DNA of 64,000 nucleotides from Hypanus sabinus (Eukaryota): assembly GCF_030144855.1 (NCBI RefSeq), contig NC_082707.1, positions 81,716,001-81,780,000 of the forward strand. Reading direction: 5' to 3'. Positions 13,390 through 25,088 of this stretch are shown here, piece after piece; positions within the stretch are counted from its first letter, which is position 1; each line of letters begins with the position of its first letter. A model generated the notes under the pieces. The model was not told the DNA's origin. It was given only the letters and a program-made list of their open reading frames with translations, and ran no database searches. The position numbers and the translations under genes were made by a program.

Positions 13390-13475
13390 CTGGACATAAA
13401 AGATTCCATGGCACTTTTTTCAAAGAAGAGCAGGGGAGTTATTCCTGTTTTCCAGGACAATACTTATCAATTGAT
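13390..13475 (+). mobile_element. Deu-domain SINE relic (SacSINE1/AmnSINE1-like)
   Basis: ggacataaaagattccatggcactttttt.caaagaagagcaggggagttattcctg..ccaggacaatacttatc resembles the Deu core as recalled. Confidence 0.6.
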
Positions 13476-14269
13476 CAGAGAGAGTATTGGATTAAGTTCA
13501 ATTTAAAGGACTTTGCAATAGGCAAATAAAATATTTTTCCACATTTATGCAATGCCTTATACCCACCCCTGCTCCTGTTTTCTTGTGTTCTCTGAACAAA
13601 GCTCATAGGAACAATCAATACACCATATTAATGCGTCTTTGTCTCTCTTTTGCTTGTTCTTTCTTTCCATATTTGTATTTCATGCTTCGTCTGATAGATT
13701 TCCCACTTTGTTTCTTTGTCAGTGTATGTCTGTATGAAGGAATTGCTTCAGAATGATGAATATAGAGACTGTTGATTTTTTTTGATAAGGCTATTATGAA
13801 ACTCCAGACAGAGGCATCGTCATGTAGGTAGCTTCTGAAAGTAGAGTTAGTGCCAGCCAATTTTCAAACTGTTGTTCAGAAATTGAGTTTAACATATTAA
13901 CAACAGTTGAGTTATGTTTTATTAAAGTGTATTGTATAGAAGGTTATTCAAATTCAATGGGAAATTCTTGGTTTATTCATATATTACAAATGAAATCAAC
14001 TCTATAATGTAGTTTTAAAGGAGAAATGCATAGCTGTGCAAACCTTGCTGACAAGAGATTGCACTATCAATAAAGCAGCTATTTGATTAAAGGTACTCTC
14101 TGGGCCATACTGAATGTAAAGTCCAATTACTGAAGTATCTAGTAAAATGAAGTCCAAAATTATATCTACTGGATATCTACATTTACGTTAATCCCATCCG
14201 TTGGTATGCACATCTTGAGACATGAACCCAAAGACAAAATAAATAAGAAGTTAATGTAGATGATATTTG

Positions 14270-14425
14270 AAAAAACAGCATATCAGGGGCAGAACCTATG
14301 GAGTAACAAAAGAATTTAACATTTTGGAATGATGTTCTTTCAGCAGTTCTGATCAAACTATAACATTTCTATCCCTAAGATGCTGCCTGACCTTCTGAGT
14401 ATTTCCAGTATTCTCTTGTTTTATT
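14270..14425. mobile_element. Old fold-back pair of Penelope terminal modules
   Basis: Decayed minus-strand tail followed by the plus-strand tail (gatgctgcctgaccttctgagtatttccag) around a central cagcagttctga. Confidence 0.5.
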
Positions 14426-15029
14426 ATTGAAAGTCCAACTTATTTTCTCCACCAAAGTAAAATCAACTCACATTACATGCTAATTCATTTATGACAGAAA
14501 AGTGAAAGATGACATCAACAGGTCTCTTATTGTCTTCCATTAAACCACTACCATAAATGTGCAGGTCAGTGTAAAAGTTTTGGATCTTAATTTCATTGCA
14601 GCAGACTCAGGTTCTGGTTTTGCTTACTCAACTATTATGAAATGATTGTATAGAACATCTGATTATTTATGTAATGAGCAATTGATCTGCATCATACACT
14701 TACCCATCAGAGAGAGAAGTCGACCTATGATTTTTCTAACCTTTGAATCATCAATGTTAAAATATCAGTTAAAATGCCTCTTTGTCACTCCCTGTCATAA
14801 AACCTCAAGAATACAGGAGCAAGAATAGACCACCTGGTTGCTCAATCCCACTCCACCAGACAATATGAGTATAGCTGATCCCCAGGCCTAGAACCATTAT
14901 ATTATCTCCACATAATTCTCAATTCCAGATCTTTCAAAGTATACATCTATCTCCTCTTTAAATATCTCGGGTGTTCTAGTCTCCACAACCCTCTAAAGTT
15001 CAAAGTGCAAAGTAAATTCATTATCAGAG

Positions 15030-17649
15030 TGCTTTGGAAGGATAGATTAGAGAGCTCCTCCAGGGAGGCTATTTGGGTGGAATTGAGGAATGGGAAGGGT
15101 GTAGTAACACTGATAGGAGTGTATTATAGGCCACCTAATGGGGAGCGTGAGTTGAAAGAGCAAATGTGTAAGGAGATAGCAGATATTTGTAATAAACACA
15201 AGGTGGTGATTGTGGGAGATTTTAATTTTCCACACGTAGACTGGGAAGGTCATTCTGTAAAAGGGCTGGATGGTTTAGAGTTTGTGAAATGTGTGCAGGA
15301 TAGGTTTTTGCAACAATACATAGAAGTACCGAGAAGAGATGGGGCAGTGTTGGATCTCCTGTTAGGGAATGCGATAGGTCAGCTGACAGATGTATGTGTT
15401 GGGGAGCACTTCGGGTCCAGTGATCACAATAGCATTAGCTTCGATATAATTATGGAGAAGGACAGGACAGGACCTAGAGTTGAGATTTTTGAGATGCGAA
15501 GGGATTTAGAGAGAGTGGATTGGGTCAAGTTGTTTTATGGGAAGGATGTAATAGAGAAATGGAGGTCATTTAAGGGTGAAATTATGAGGGTACAGAATCC
15601 TTATGTTCCTGTTAGGTTGAAAGGAAAGGTTAAAGGTTTGAAAGCACCATGGTTTTCAAGGGATGTTAGAAATTTGATTCAGAAAAAGAGAGATGTCTAC
15701 AATAGATATAGGCAGCATGGAGTGAAGGAATTGCTCGAGGAATATAAAGAATGTAAAAGGAATCTTAAGAAAGAGATTAGAAAAGCTAAAAGAAGATACG
15801 AGGTTGGTTTGGCAAATAAGGTGAAAGTAAATCCAAAAGGTTTCTACAGTTATAAAAGCAAGAGGATAGTGAGGGATAAAATTGGCCCCTTAGAGAATCA
15901 GAGTGGTCAGCTATGTGTGGAGCCGAGGGAGATGGGAAAGATTTTGAACGATTTCTTCTCTTCGGTATTCACTAAGGAGAAGGATATTGAATTGTATAAG
16001 GTGTGGGAAACAAGTAAGGAAGTTATGGAACCTATGACAATTAAAGAGGTGGAAGTACTGGCACTTTTAAGAAATTTAAAAGTGGATAAATGTCCGGATC
16101 CTGACAGGATATTCCCCAGGACCTTGAGGGAAGTTTGTGTAGAAATAGCAGGAGCTCTGACGGAGATCTTTAAGATGTCATTAGAAACGGGGATTGTGCC
16201 GGAGGATTGGCGTATTGCTCATGTGGTTCCATTGTTTAAAAAGGGTTCTAGAAGTAAGCCTAGCAATTATAGACCTGTCAGTTTGACATCAGTGGTGGGT
16301 AAATTAATGGAAAGTATTATTAGAGATAGTGTTAATAATTATCTGGATAGACAGGATCTGATTAGGAGTAGCCAGCATGGATTTGTGCATGGAAGGTCAT
16401 GTTTGACAAACCTTATTGAATTTTTTGAAGAAGTTACGAGGAATGTTGACAAGGGTAAGGCAGTGGATGTAGTCTATATGGACTTCAGCAAGGCCTTTGA
16501 CAAAGTTCCACATGGAAGGTTAGTTAAGAAGGTTCAGTCATTAGGTATTAATGCTGGAGTAATAAAATGGATTCAACAGTGGCTAGATGGGAGATGCCAG
16601 AGAGTAGTGGTGGATAATTGTTTATCGGGATGGAGGGGTGCCTCAGGGATCTGTTTTGGGCCCAATGTTGTTTGTAATATACATAAATGATCTGGATGAT
16701 GGGGTGGTAAATTGGATTAGTAAGTATGCCGATGATACTAAGGTAGGAGGTGTTGTGGATAATGAGGTGGGTTTTCAAAGCTTGCAGGGTGATTTATGCC
16801 AGTTAGAAGAATGGGCTGAACGTTGGCAGATGGAGTTTAATGCTGAGAAGTGTGAGGTTCTACATTTTGGCAGGAATAATCCAAATAGAACATACAGGGT
16901 AAATGGTAGGGCATTGAGGAATGCAGAGGAACAGAGAGATCTAGGAATAACAGTGCATAGTACCCTGAAGGTGGAGTCTCATGTAGATAGGGTGGTGAAG
17001 AAGGCTTTTGGAATGCTGGCCTTTATAAATCAAGGCATTGAGTACAGAAGTTGGAATGTAATGTTAAAATTGTACAAGGCATAGGTAAGGCCAAATTTAG
17101 AATATTGTGCAGTTCTGGTCACCGAATTATAGGAAAGATATCAATAAATTAGAGACAGTGCAGAGACGATTTACTAGGATGTTACCTGGGTTTCAGCACT
17201 TAAGTTACAGAGAAAGGTTGAACAAGTTAGGTCTCTATTCATTGGAGCATAGAAGGTTGAGGGGGGATTTGATTGAGGTATTTAAAATTTTGAGAGGGAT
17301 AGATAGAGTTGACGTGAATAGGCTGTTTCCATTGAGAGTAGGGGAGATTCAAATGAGAGGACATGATTTGAGAGTTAGGGGGCAGAAGTTTAAGGGAAAC
17401 ACGAGGTGGTATTTCTTTACTCAGAGAGTGATAGCTGTGTGGAATGAGCTTCCTGTAGAAATAGTAGAGGCCAGTTCAGTTGTGTCATTTAAGGTAAAAT
17501 TGGATAGGTATATGGACAGGAAAGGAGTGGAGGGTTATGGGCTGAGTGCGGGTAGGTGGGACTAGGTGAGATTAAGAGTTCAGCACGGACTAGGAGGGCC
17601 GAGATGGCCTGTTTCCGTGCTGTGATTGTTATATGGTTATATAGTTATA
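15030..17649 (+). mobile_element. Young 5'-truncated CR1 LINE; ORF2 (APE endonuclease + RT) inactivated by few lesions
   Basis: 561-aa ORF (VYYRPP, VGDFN, SSDH, NYRPVSL, SQHGF, DFSKAFDKV) continues as PQGSVLGP..YADD (16638-17084) and a C-terminus (17107-17565); 3' hairpin cagcacgga...tccgtgctg; (TTATATGG)n tail. Confidence 0.97.
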
Positions 17650-17825
17650 TGTCATCATTTCCTACCCTGAGATTTATTTTCTTGCGGGCATTCATAGTAG
17701 AACAAAGAAATGCAATAACATCAAAGAAAAGCTACACACAAAGAGTAACAACCAATGTGCAAAAGTAGATGAATTGTGCAAATACAAAATGAAAACAAGT
17801 AATAATAATAATAATATGTAAATAG

Positions 17826-18443
17826 TGTCATGATGTGCACTGACAGGTGACTGAACTTAGAAACAGTGCAAAAACTTGGGAACCTGGACTAGTCCTTGGA
17901 AACATGGAGTGCCATGGGAGACCCAGGAAACCTTTACAACCTTGAATGTAGACTAGAGAAGCTCAGAATGTGGACTCAGGAAACTCTGAATTAGCCTCTG
18001 GAAAGCTGGAATGTAACTTTGGGACAAGCACTGAGAATAGAAGGTCCCTTTGCCTCCAGCCAACTAATGTCCAAGCCACTGTTGAACCACCATTAGGTCC
18101 ATTAATGGTCAGGTCCTACTTTCGCAGTATGAGCTGACAGCCAACAGAACCCGGGTGTGCAGGAATGACAGACTTCCATGTAAAGAGAGAAACATAAGTT
18201 TATTCATAGAGATTCCATCACAACATTGGCGGCTTGACCAAGTGACACTGTGAGCCAAATCATTCTCAAAACACAATGACCCCATGAAACGCTAATTGAG
18301 GGTCCACTTTAAGTAAACACAGTGCATAGAAAACCTGCACCAGTCAAAATGACAAGTTTAAGCAGAAAGCACAAGGGCTGAATGTCTCTAGATAAGACAA
18401 TAATTAACAAATACAGGTGTACAGGCCTGCAGGGTCCATAACA
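17826..18443 (-). mobile_element. Solo LTR (Gypsy-like)
   Basis: Termini TGTCATG...CATAACA; 5-bp flanks aatag/aatac (1 mismatch); host Rex sequence resumes after it. Orientation inferred. Confidence 0.65.
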
Positions 18444-20789
18444 AATACTAAGTAAATAATAGTGAGTACATGAGTTGTAGAGAAGTGAGTCCATAGGTTG
18501 TGGAATCAGTTCAGAGTTTAGGTGAAGTTTTCCATGCTGGTTCTAGAGCTTGATGGTTAAAGGGTAATAACTCTTCCTGAACTTGGTGGCATGGGAACTG
18601 AAGCTTCTGTACTTTCTTCTTGATGGCAGCCGTGAGAAGAGTTCAATAAGCTCTGGCACATAAAATTTCATAACTCACCATCCTTTGTGAGAAAAAAACT
18701 TCCTCCGCCCTTCAGTTTGAAATGCCTGCCTCTTGTAACCATATCTTCTTGGTCAAGCTTCTCCACTGGTAGAACTACTTTTGCATCTACTCCCTCATGC
18801 TCTTCAGGATCTTATGTATTTCAATAAGATTGCCCCTCATTCATCTAAGATCAAAGAAAACAAGTCTAGTATTTTAGGCATTTGTGATAGGATGACCCTC
18901 TTTCTACCAGTAACTTGCCTACTGAATCCCTTCTTGATTGTTTCCAATTCTAGTTTGTTCATTCATAAATACAGTGCCCAATACTAGATAATATCTCCAG
19001 TTGTGGCTATAACAAAGATATATGTATATGTAGTGATAAGTCTCTATGTTTAAATCGTGCCTTGATGCCATTTGCTTTCTTAGTTTTTTGTTCCACCTGC
19101 ATGTGATCTTTTTATAACTCATGTACAAGAACAGCTAGATCTCCTTGGTATCACATTCATTTGCAGTCGCCATTTAAAATTTACAAGCTAGAAGAACTGA
19201 AGTGGGGGAATTAAATGTTCACTCCAGAGATATAAAATGCCCAGATAGAAGAATTCTAATTTACATTGGGCCTCACTATGGCAGCGGAGTAGGCTACAGA
19301 TAGATAATTTGGAATGGTATTGTGATTGAGAATTGGGGTGGCTTGCAACAACAAACTTGGCATCATTCCTGTGAACTGCCCCACAGAGTATGAAAAGATT
19401 AATCGACAGGTGTGACATCTCCATTTGCATCAAAAGGCCGTGAAATGAGGAATGTTTGCTGGAGACAGTGGAGAGGACCAGGGTGTTGTGAAATGCAGAA
19501 AGAGAAGGAGAAAGGAATATGCGACTGGTGCTGAGGCTGGAGGAAAGTGCAGAGAACTATACATTTGGCATTTTCTTATTTTGCAGTTTCAGGAATGTGC
19601 GGCCCAGACTGTCATCATTATGTCTCCAATTACTTTTACCTTATTATGCATTGGCAACCTCCCAGCAAAACACAATAAAATTACATAACTGATGAATGCA
19701 AATCAGTTATTTTATACATTTTATACAGCTCCAGAAATGCAGTTGCTTTTCTCTGGGCATACATTTGGAATATAGTAATAAAGATTATTTCAGGATGTAT
19801 TAATCTTCATTTACCATGGTTACTACATTACCTTTCTAGGCATGCTGTAATTGGTGCCCACTAAACTGCTGGTGTTCTCCATGACCTTTGGAGCACTCCT
19901 CAGTATTTTCTTAGGAACTCTTATTTAACTGCCACCATAACTTCTAGTCATTGTTCCTTCTATTCAAACACTTAGCATTTCTTGGTATTAATTTCCTCCC
20001 TTGCTTTGTCTATATTTACCCTACTCTCCAGCAGATCATATCACAACCCCCCTCCTTCAATATATGCTTTCCCCCAATCCCACATCCTTTCCATGATCAT
20101 CCATTCTTCATCTTCCCCCGTGATCACAGGTTTGGGAGGAAAGACCCTTTGTCAAATTGCACCGAAGAGATGAGGATTAATTGATTCTTTTCTGTGTGCA
20201 CTTAGGGAATTATGAATATTTGAACATGACGTTTATTGCCCCACGTAAGTTCATATATGTACTCCGACCTTTAACCCTGCAACATCCTACACTGAAGAAT
20301 TTCCACATTGACAGCATCTTTATCATGATTCTACTGTGAAACATTTTCTTTTTCATTATCACTCATTCAGCCATGCTATTTTGCAGTTGTTTCCCACCTG
20401 CCTATTTTGTTAAGCTGTCTAACATCGTGAGGACTATAACAGTCAATACCCTGCCATATTCAAGAATGAAACATATATTCCAAAAGTCAAAGCAACCAAA
20501 TTTTGCATATTTCCATTAATTTTCCATTTCAATTATTCCCAATTTATGCTAAATCTTTCTTTCATGCATGAAAAATAATGTCATAATGTTTCCTCTCATG
20601 CTGAATTTTTCCAGCACATCTTTTGTGACCTCACATCAAGTACTTTCTGAACATCTCTATGCGCTGCATGCATTGCATTTACTTTGAATTTAAAACAAAT
20701 GTGTATATAATAGGAAATGGCAAGGGTATTAAACAGATATTTTATGCCTGTTTTCACATAAGTTATAGAAAACCTCTTGGTAAACAAGG

Positions 20790-21430
20790 AGAACCATAGA
20801 TTTAGACAGCACGCTAAGCTCAAATACATTAGTTTTGGTCAAATGTTATGGGAGAAATTAATGGGATGGAAAGATGATAAACCCCCAAACTAAATACCCT
20901 GCACTGTAGATTTCAAAGGAGGAATCTGTAAAGATAATGAATGCAAAGGTTGACATCTTGCAAAATTCTACAAAATGTAGGATGGTTCCTGCAAATAGTG
21001 CCACAAATTTCAAGAGGAAGGGAAAATGAAAAAGATAACTTTAGGAACAGGTTGCTGAACATCACTCATAGGGGAAATGCTAGGGTCAGTTATTATAGAC
21101 AATAGACAATAGGTGCAGAAGAAGACCATTCGGCCCCTCGAGTCTGCACCGCCATTCTGAGATCATGGCTGATCATTCACTATCAATACCCAGTCCCTGC
21201 CTTGTCCCCATATCCCTTGATTCCCCTATCCATCACATATCTATCTAGCCATTGAGGAAATAACAATAGGAATGAATAGTATCAACATAAAGCTATGAAA
21301 GAAAAATCATCTTTGACAAGTCTGATCAAGTTTTTCAGCATGTTGATGTGATGTATTTGATCAGTTGATGTAATGTACTTTGATTTTGAAAATTTTGATC
21401 ATTGGAAAGCAACCAGACAAAAGATTAAAA
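20790..21430 (+). mobile_element. Highly decayed CR1 RT fragment containing a younger minus-strand CR1 tail (21097-21249)
   Basis: tagacaatagacaataggtgcag...gatcatggctgatc is the reverse complement of the tail type at 33020-33114; flanks carry decayed 'KSSLTSLIKFF'. Confidence 0.65.
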
Positions 21431-21439
21431 ATGAAACAT

Positions 21440-22700
21440 AGATCTCAGAAAAATATAACATAGGACAGGTCCTTCAGCCCACAATGTTGTGCCGAACTAG
21501 TTATATTAGTAATCAAATGCCCAACCAAACTGAACCAGTCTGCCTACCTGGGGGAGAAAGAGACTGGCTGTCCAATCAAACTGTTCATCTCATGATGTTA
21601 TAAACCCTGAGTCTCTGTCACTCCAGAGAAAACAACCCACAGCGATCCAACCTTTCCTTTAATCCAGGTAGCAACTGGGTGAACCTCTTTTGCTCCCCCT
21701 CCAAAGCCTTAATATACTTCCTATGATGAGACAACAAGAAATGAATCAACTGGAGTTTTAGAAGTTTACAACATAATGTCCTAACTGTTGAACTCAGCTC
21801 CTCAACTAAGCAAGGCAAGCTTGCCTTATGCCTTCTTCACCACACTATCAATCTGTGTAGCCATTTTTAGGAAGCTATGGACTTGGACCCCAAAATCCCT
21901 CTGCCTTGATACTAACATTTGATCTCTCAATCTGCAATAATTTACAGTTCAGTGAATTAAACCATCTGTCATTCTTCCAATCATATCTTCAACTGATCTT
22001 GGGAGACAACCATCAATCCCAGAGGATCATGGGTTTGTGCCTCTGGTGGACTGTGTCCTCTCCAGGGCATGAGTCTGGGTGGGAAGATTTGAAGAACCGG
22101 CTGTTGCCCATGTCTCCTCTCCACGTCATTGATGTAGTCCAAGGGAAGGGCAAGCACCAATATAGCTTGACACCAGTGTCATTGCAAAGATTGCCACAGT
22201 GAAGTTGTAAACAGCATCACTCTACCTTAGGGACCCCAGCTCCAGATTTCTTTCTCGGGGTTCACTCCCAAACTCTTTTCTAAGGGTGGGTATGGCCATA
22301 AGGTAGCAGAGGTTTAAAATCAGAGTTTTCCTTCTTCTAGGTGGGCTGTCGTCCAAGGCAGATAAACCTCATCTGCCCAAAACAACTGGTTTTGAGGCAC
22401 TGTTGGTCCACCTTTGCCCTTTCCCTTGTCAGTAGAAACTGTTCCAACAGGCCTAGTAGATAAGCCACACGAGAAAGCCAAGAGATGAGCTTGGTTGTCA
22501 TGGTGTTAGTAATTACGCCATTGGAGCACTTTGTAGGTGATGGGAGCTTATCCCCACTACCATCCCTGGTTATGACAACCTTAGGAACCACACATAATCT
22601 ATATCATGCTGTATCATTCACCAGTCTTCTATATTGTCTACAACACCACTAGTATTCATATCATCTACAAAATTTACTAACCCACCTACCTGTTTGATAA
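21440..22700 (-). mobile_element. CR1 3' fragment interrupted by an RTE-derived element
   Basis: ORF 21618-21818 (ALEGEQKRFTQLLPGLKERLDRCGLFSLE). Confidence 0.7.
22000..22590 (-). mobile_element. Bipartite non-autonomous RTE-clade element (5'UTR fused to 3' tail)
   Basis: Minus-strand 3' end ggcacaaacccatgatcctctgggattgatgg and internal ggcaatctttgcaatgacactggtgtcaagctatattgg resemble RTE (AviRTE/BovB-type) 3' end and 5'UTR motifs as recalled; no ORF. Confidence 0.55.
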
Positions 22701-22939
22701 AAAGTCATAAGACAATTAAGACAACAGATCATGGTTTTCATGAAGGAGACATTTAAAACATAGAACAGTACAACACAAAGGTCTTTCTTCCCAAGATATT
22801 GAGCCAAGCTTTGAACTTACTCCAAGATGATTCCATTTACCTTTCACTCGTGTGACTATCTAAGGCTCTCTTAAATGTCTTTATTGCATCTGCCTTTAAT
22901 GGTACTCTGGCAGGATGTTCCATGCGTTTACCTTTAAAG

Positions 22940-24460
22940 GTCGTACAACAACAACCTCTCACTCAATTTCAGCAAGATTATTGTCTTCCTGAAGAGGAAA
23001 CCAGAGGTCTGTGAGCCAGTGCTCATTGGGGCATTAGAGTGGGAGACTGTCAGCGACTTTAAATTCCTCAGTATTATCTATCATGTCAGAGGATCTGTCC
23101 TGGGCGTATCATGTGACTGCAATTACAAAGAAAGCACAGTTCAGCATAATATCTAAATCAGGTGTATGGGGTTGAGTGGGATCCAGGATCTGCCATGATG
23201 GAATGGCATAACAGAATTAATGGGCTAATTGATTGTCTAATTCTGCTCCTATATCTTATGGTCTTACGTGTGGTGGAGAGTATATTGACTGGTTGCAATA
23301 TGGCCTAGTCTGGAAACACCAATGCCCTTGAAAAAAGTCCCACAAAAAGTAATGGTTACAGCCCAGTCCATCATGGGGAAAGCCCTCTCCATATTTGAGC
23401 ACATCTACATGGACTGCTGTCGCAGGAATGCAGCATCCTTCTTCAAAGGTCCCCTCCTCCCAGGCCATACTTTCTTCTCATTGCTGTCAAGAAGGTACAA
23501 GACTGGAACAAATTACAGGAACACAATTTCCTCATAATCCAATATTACTCTTATTAGGTGATATTGAAGGGATAAAACCGAAACTCAAACTAAATAAATA
23601 TCAGAAAGAATTTATAAAAATTGCACTGGCAGTAGCCAAAAACGCTATTGCAGTTACTTGAAAATCGGATACATATTTAAGTATAGACTCTTGGAAGAAA
23701 GAATTCTATGGTTGTATTCCATTAGAAAAAATTACTTATAATTTAAGAGATAAACATGAAACATTTCTGAAAATTTGGAGCCCTTATTTACAAAAGACAG
23801 GATTAAATCTATAGATGCTCTGAAGATGAAACAATTGGTTATTTGGGGAAAGAAATAAATATACATATTAAAGTTATTACAAATTCCATGGAGCATGTGG
23901 AGATCTTCCAACAACCAGACAATCTTTCTTTCTTTTTCTCTTTCTTTCTCTTTTTTTTATAGGGCAGTTAGGGGGGAGGGGTTAAGGGGAGGGGGGAAGG
24001 GTTATATACATTTTTTTTCATACTTCACTTTGTAACTACTTAAAAATGCAATAAAAAAAGTTTTCAAAAAAAAAGGTACAGGAGCCTCAGGATTCATATT
24101 ATCAGATTCAGGAATAATTTTTACCCTTCAACCATCAGTCTATTGAACCAGTGTGGATAACTTCACTTACCCCTTCACTGAACTGTTCCCACAACCTATG
24201 GACTCACTTTCAAGGGATCTTCATCTCATGTTCTCAATATTTATTGCCTACTTATTTGTTATTATTATTTCTTTTTCTCTTTTACATTTGCACTGTTTGT
24301 TGTCTTTTGCATACTGGTTATTTGCCCATCCTGTTGAGTGCAGACTTCCATTGATTATATTATGTTTCTTGGACTTACTGTGTATTGCCACAAGAAAACA
24401 AATCTCAGGGTTGTATATGATGACATATATATACTTTAGTAGTAAACATTCTTTGAACTC
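22940..24460 (+). mobile_element. Rex1/Babar-like LINE 3' fragment hosting a CR1 tail (23155-23265) and an L1 fragment
   Basis: ORF 23322-23537 (TAQSIMGKAL..IEHIY..CCRRNAASFFK..PGHTFFSLL); typical 3'UTR and tail to ~24460. Confidence 0.8.
23500..24072 (+). mobile_element. 5'-truncated L1-clade LINE (ORF2 C-terminus + 3'UTR + A tail)
   Basis: IALAVAKNAIAVT*KSD...CIPLEKITYNLRDKHETFLKIWSPYL; G-rich tract; AATAAA followed by an A-rich tail; TSD aaggtaca at 23492-23499 and 24073-24080. Confidence 0.85.
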
Positions 24461-24547
24461 TCTGACATCTCTGACTTCATTTCAATCGCCTTAAATGTAC
24501 TTCCTCTCATATTAATCATTGTTGCCCTGGAGAAAAGAAACAAGATG

Positions 24548-25088
24548 TCCATAAGACCAGAAGACATATGAGCAGTATTAGGCCATTTGGCCCATTGAGT
24601 CTGCTCCGTGATTCATCATGGCTGATTTATTATCCCTTTCAATCCCATTCTCTTGCCTTTTCTCTGAATCTTTAACACCCTTACTAATCAAGAACATATG
24701 AACCTCACTTTAAATATACCCAAGAATCTGGATCATTGTCCACCCTCTGGCTAAAGAAATTACTCCTCCTCTGTTCTATTGATACTATGTTCTTTGGTCC
24801 TCGGCTTCCTCACAATAGGAAACATCCTCTCCATGTTAGCTTTATATAGGTCTTTCAATATTCAAAAAGATTTCATTGACCCCCTACATTCTTCTAAACT
24901 CCAGTGAGTACAGGCTTAGAGCCATCAAATGCACCTCCTATGTTCACCCTTTCATTCTTGGGATTATTCTCATGAACCTCCTCTGTACCATCTCCAATGC
25001 TAGCATATCCTTTCCTGGATAGGAGGTCCAAAACTGCTCACCATATTCCAAGTAGTCTGACCAGTAAAGCCTCAGTATTACATCCATG
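24548..25088 (-). mobile_element. CR1 3' fragment nested in the older CR1
   Basis: Tail cataagaccagaagacatatgagcag..ggccatttggcccattgag followed by decayed ORF2 C-terminus. Confidence 0.75.

Larger units (their letters stand above)
14795..19180 (-). mobile_element. Old CR1 3' fragment (14795-14995 + 18645-19180) split by a Rex-like element (14996-18640)
   Basis: CR1 tail aagaatacaggagcaagaatagacc at 14808; Rex tail aagttcaaagtgcaaagtaaattcattatc at 14996 resumes at 17650 (atgtcatcatttcctaccctgagatt). Confidence 0.65.

Noticed and set aside
15005-16690. 561-aa ORF as a functional host gene
   Set aside because: It is CR1 ORF2, 5'-truncated and frameshifted before the YADD motif; its start lies in the flanking repeat.
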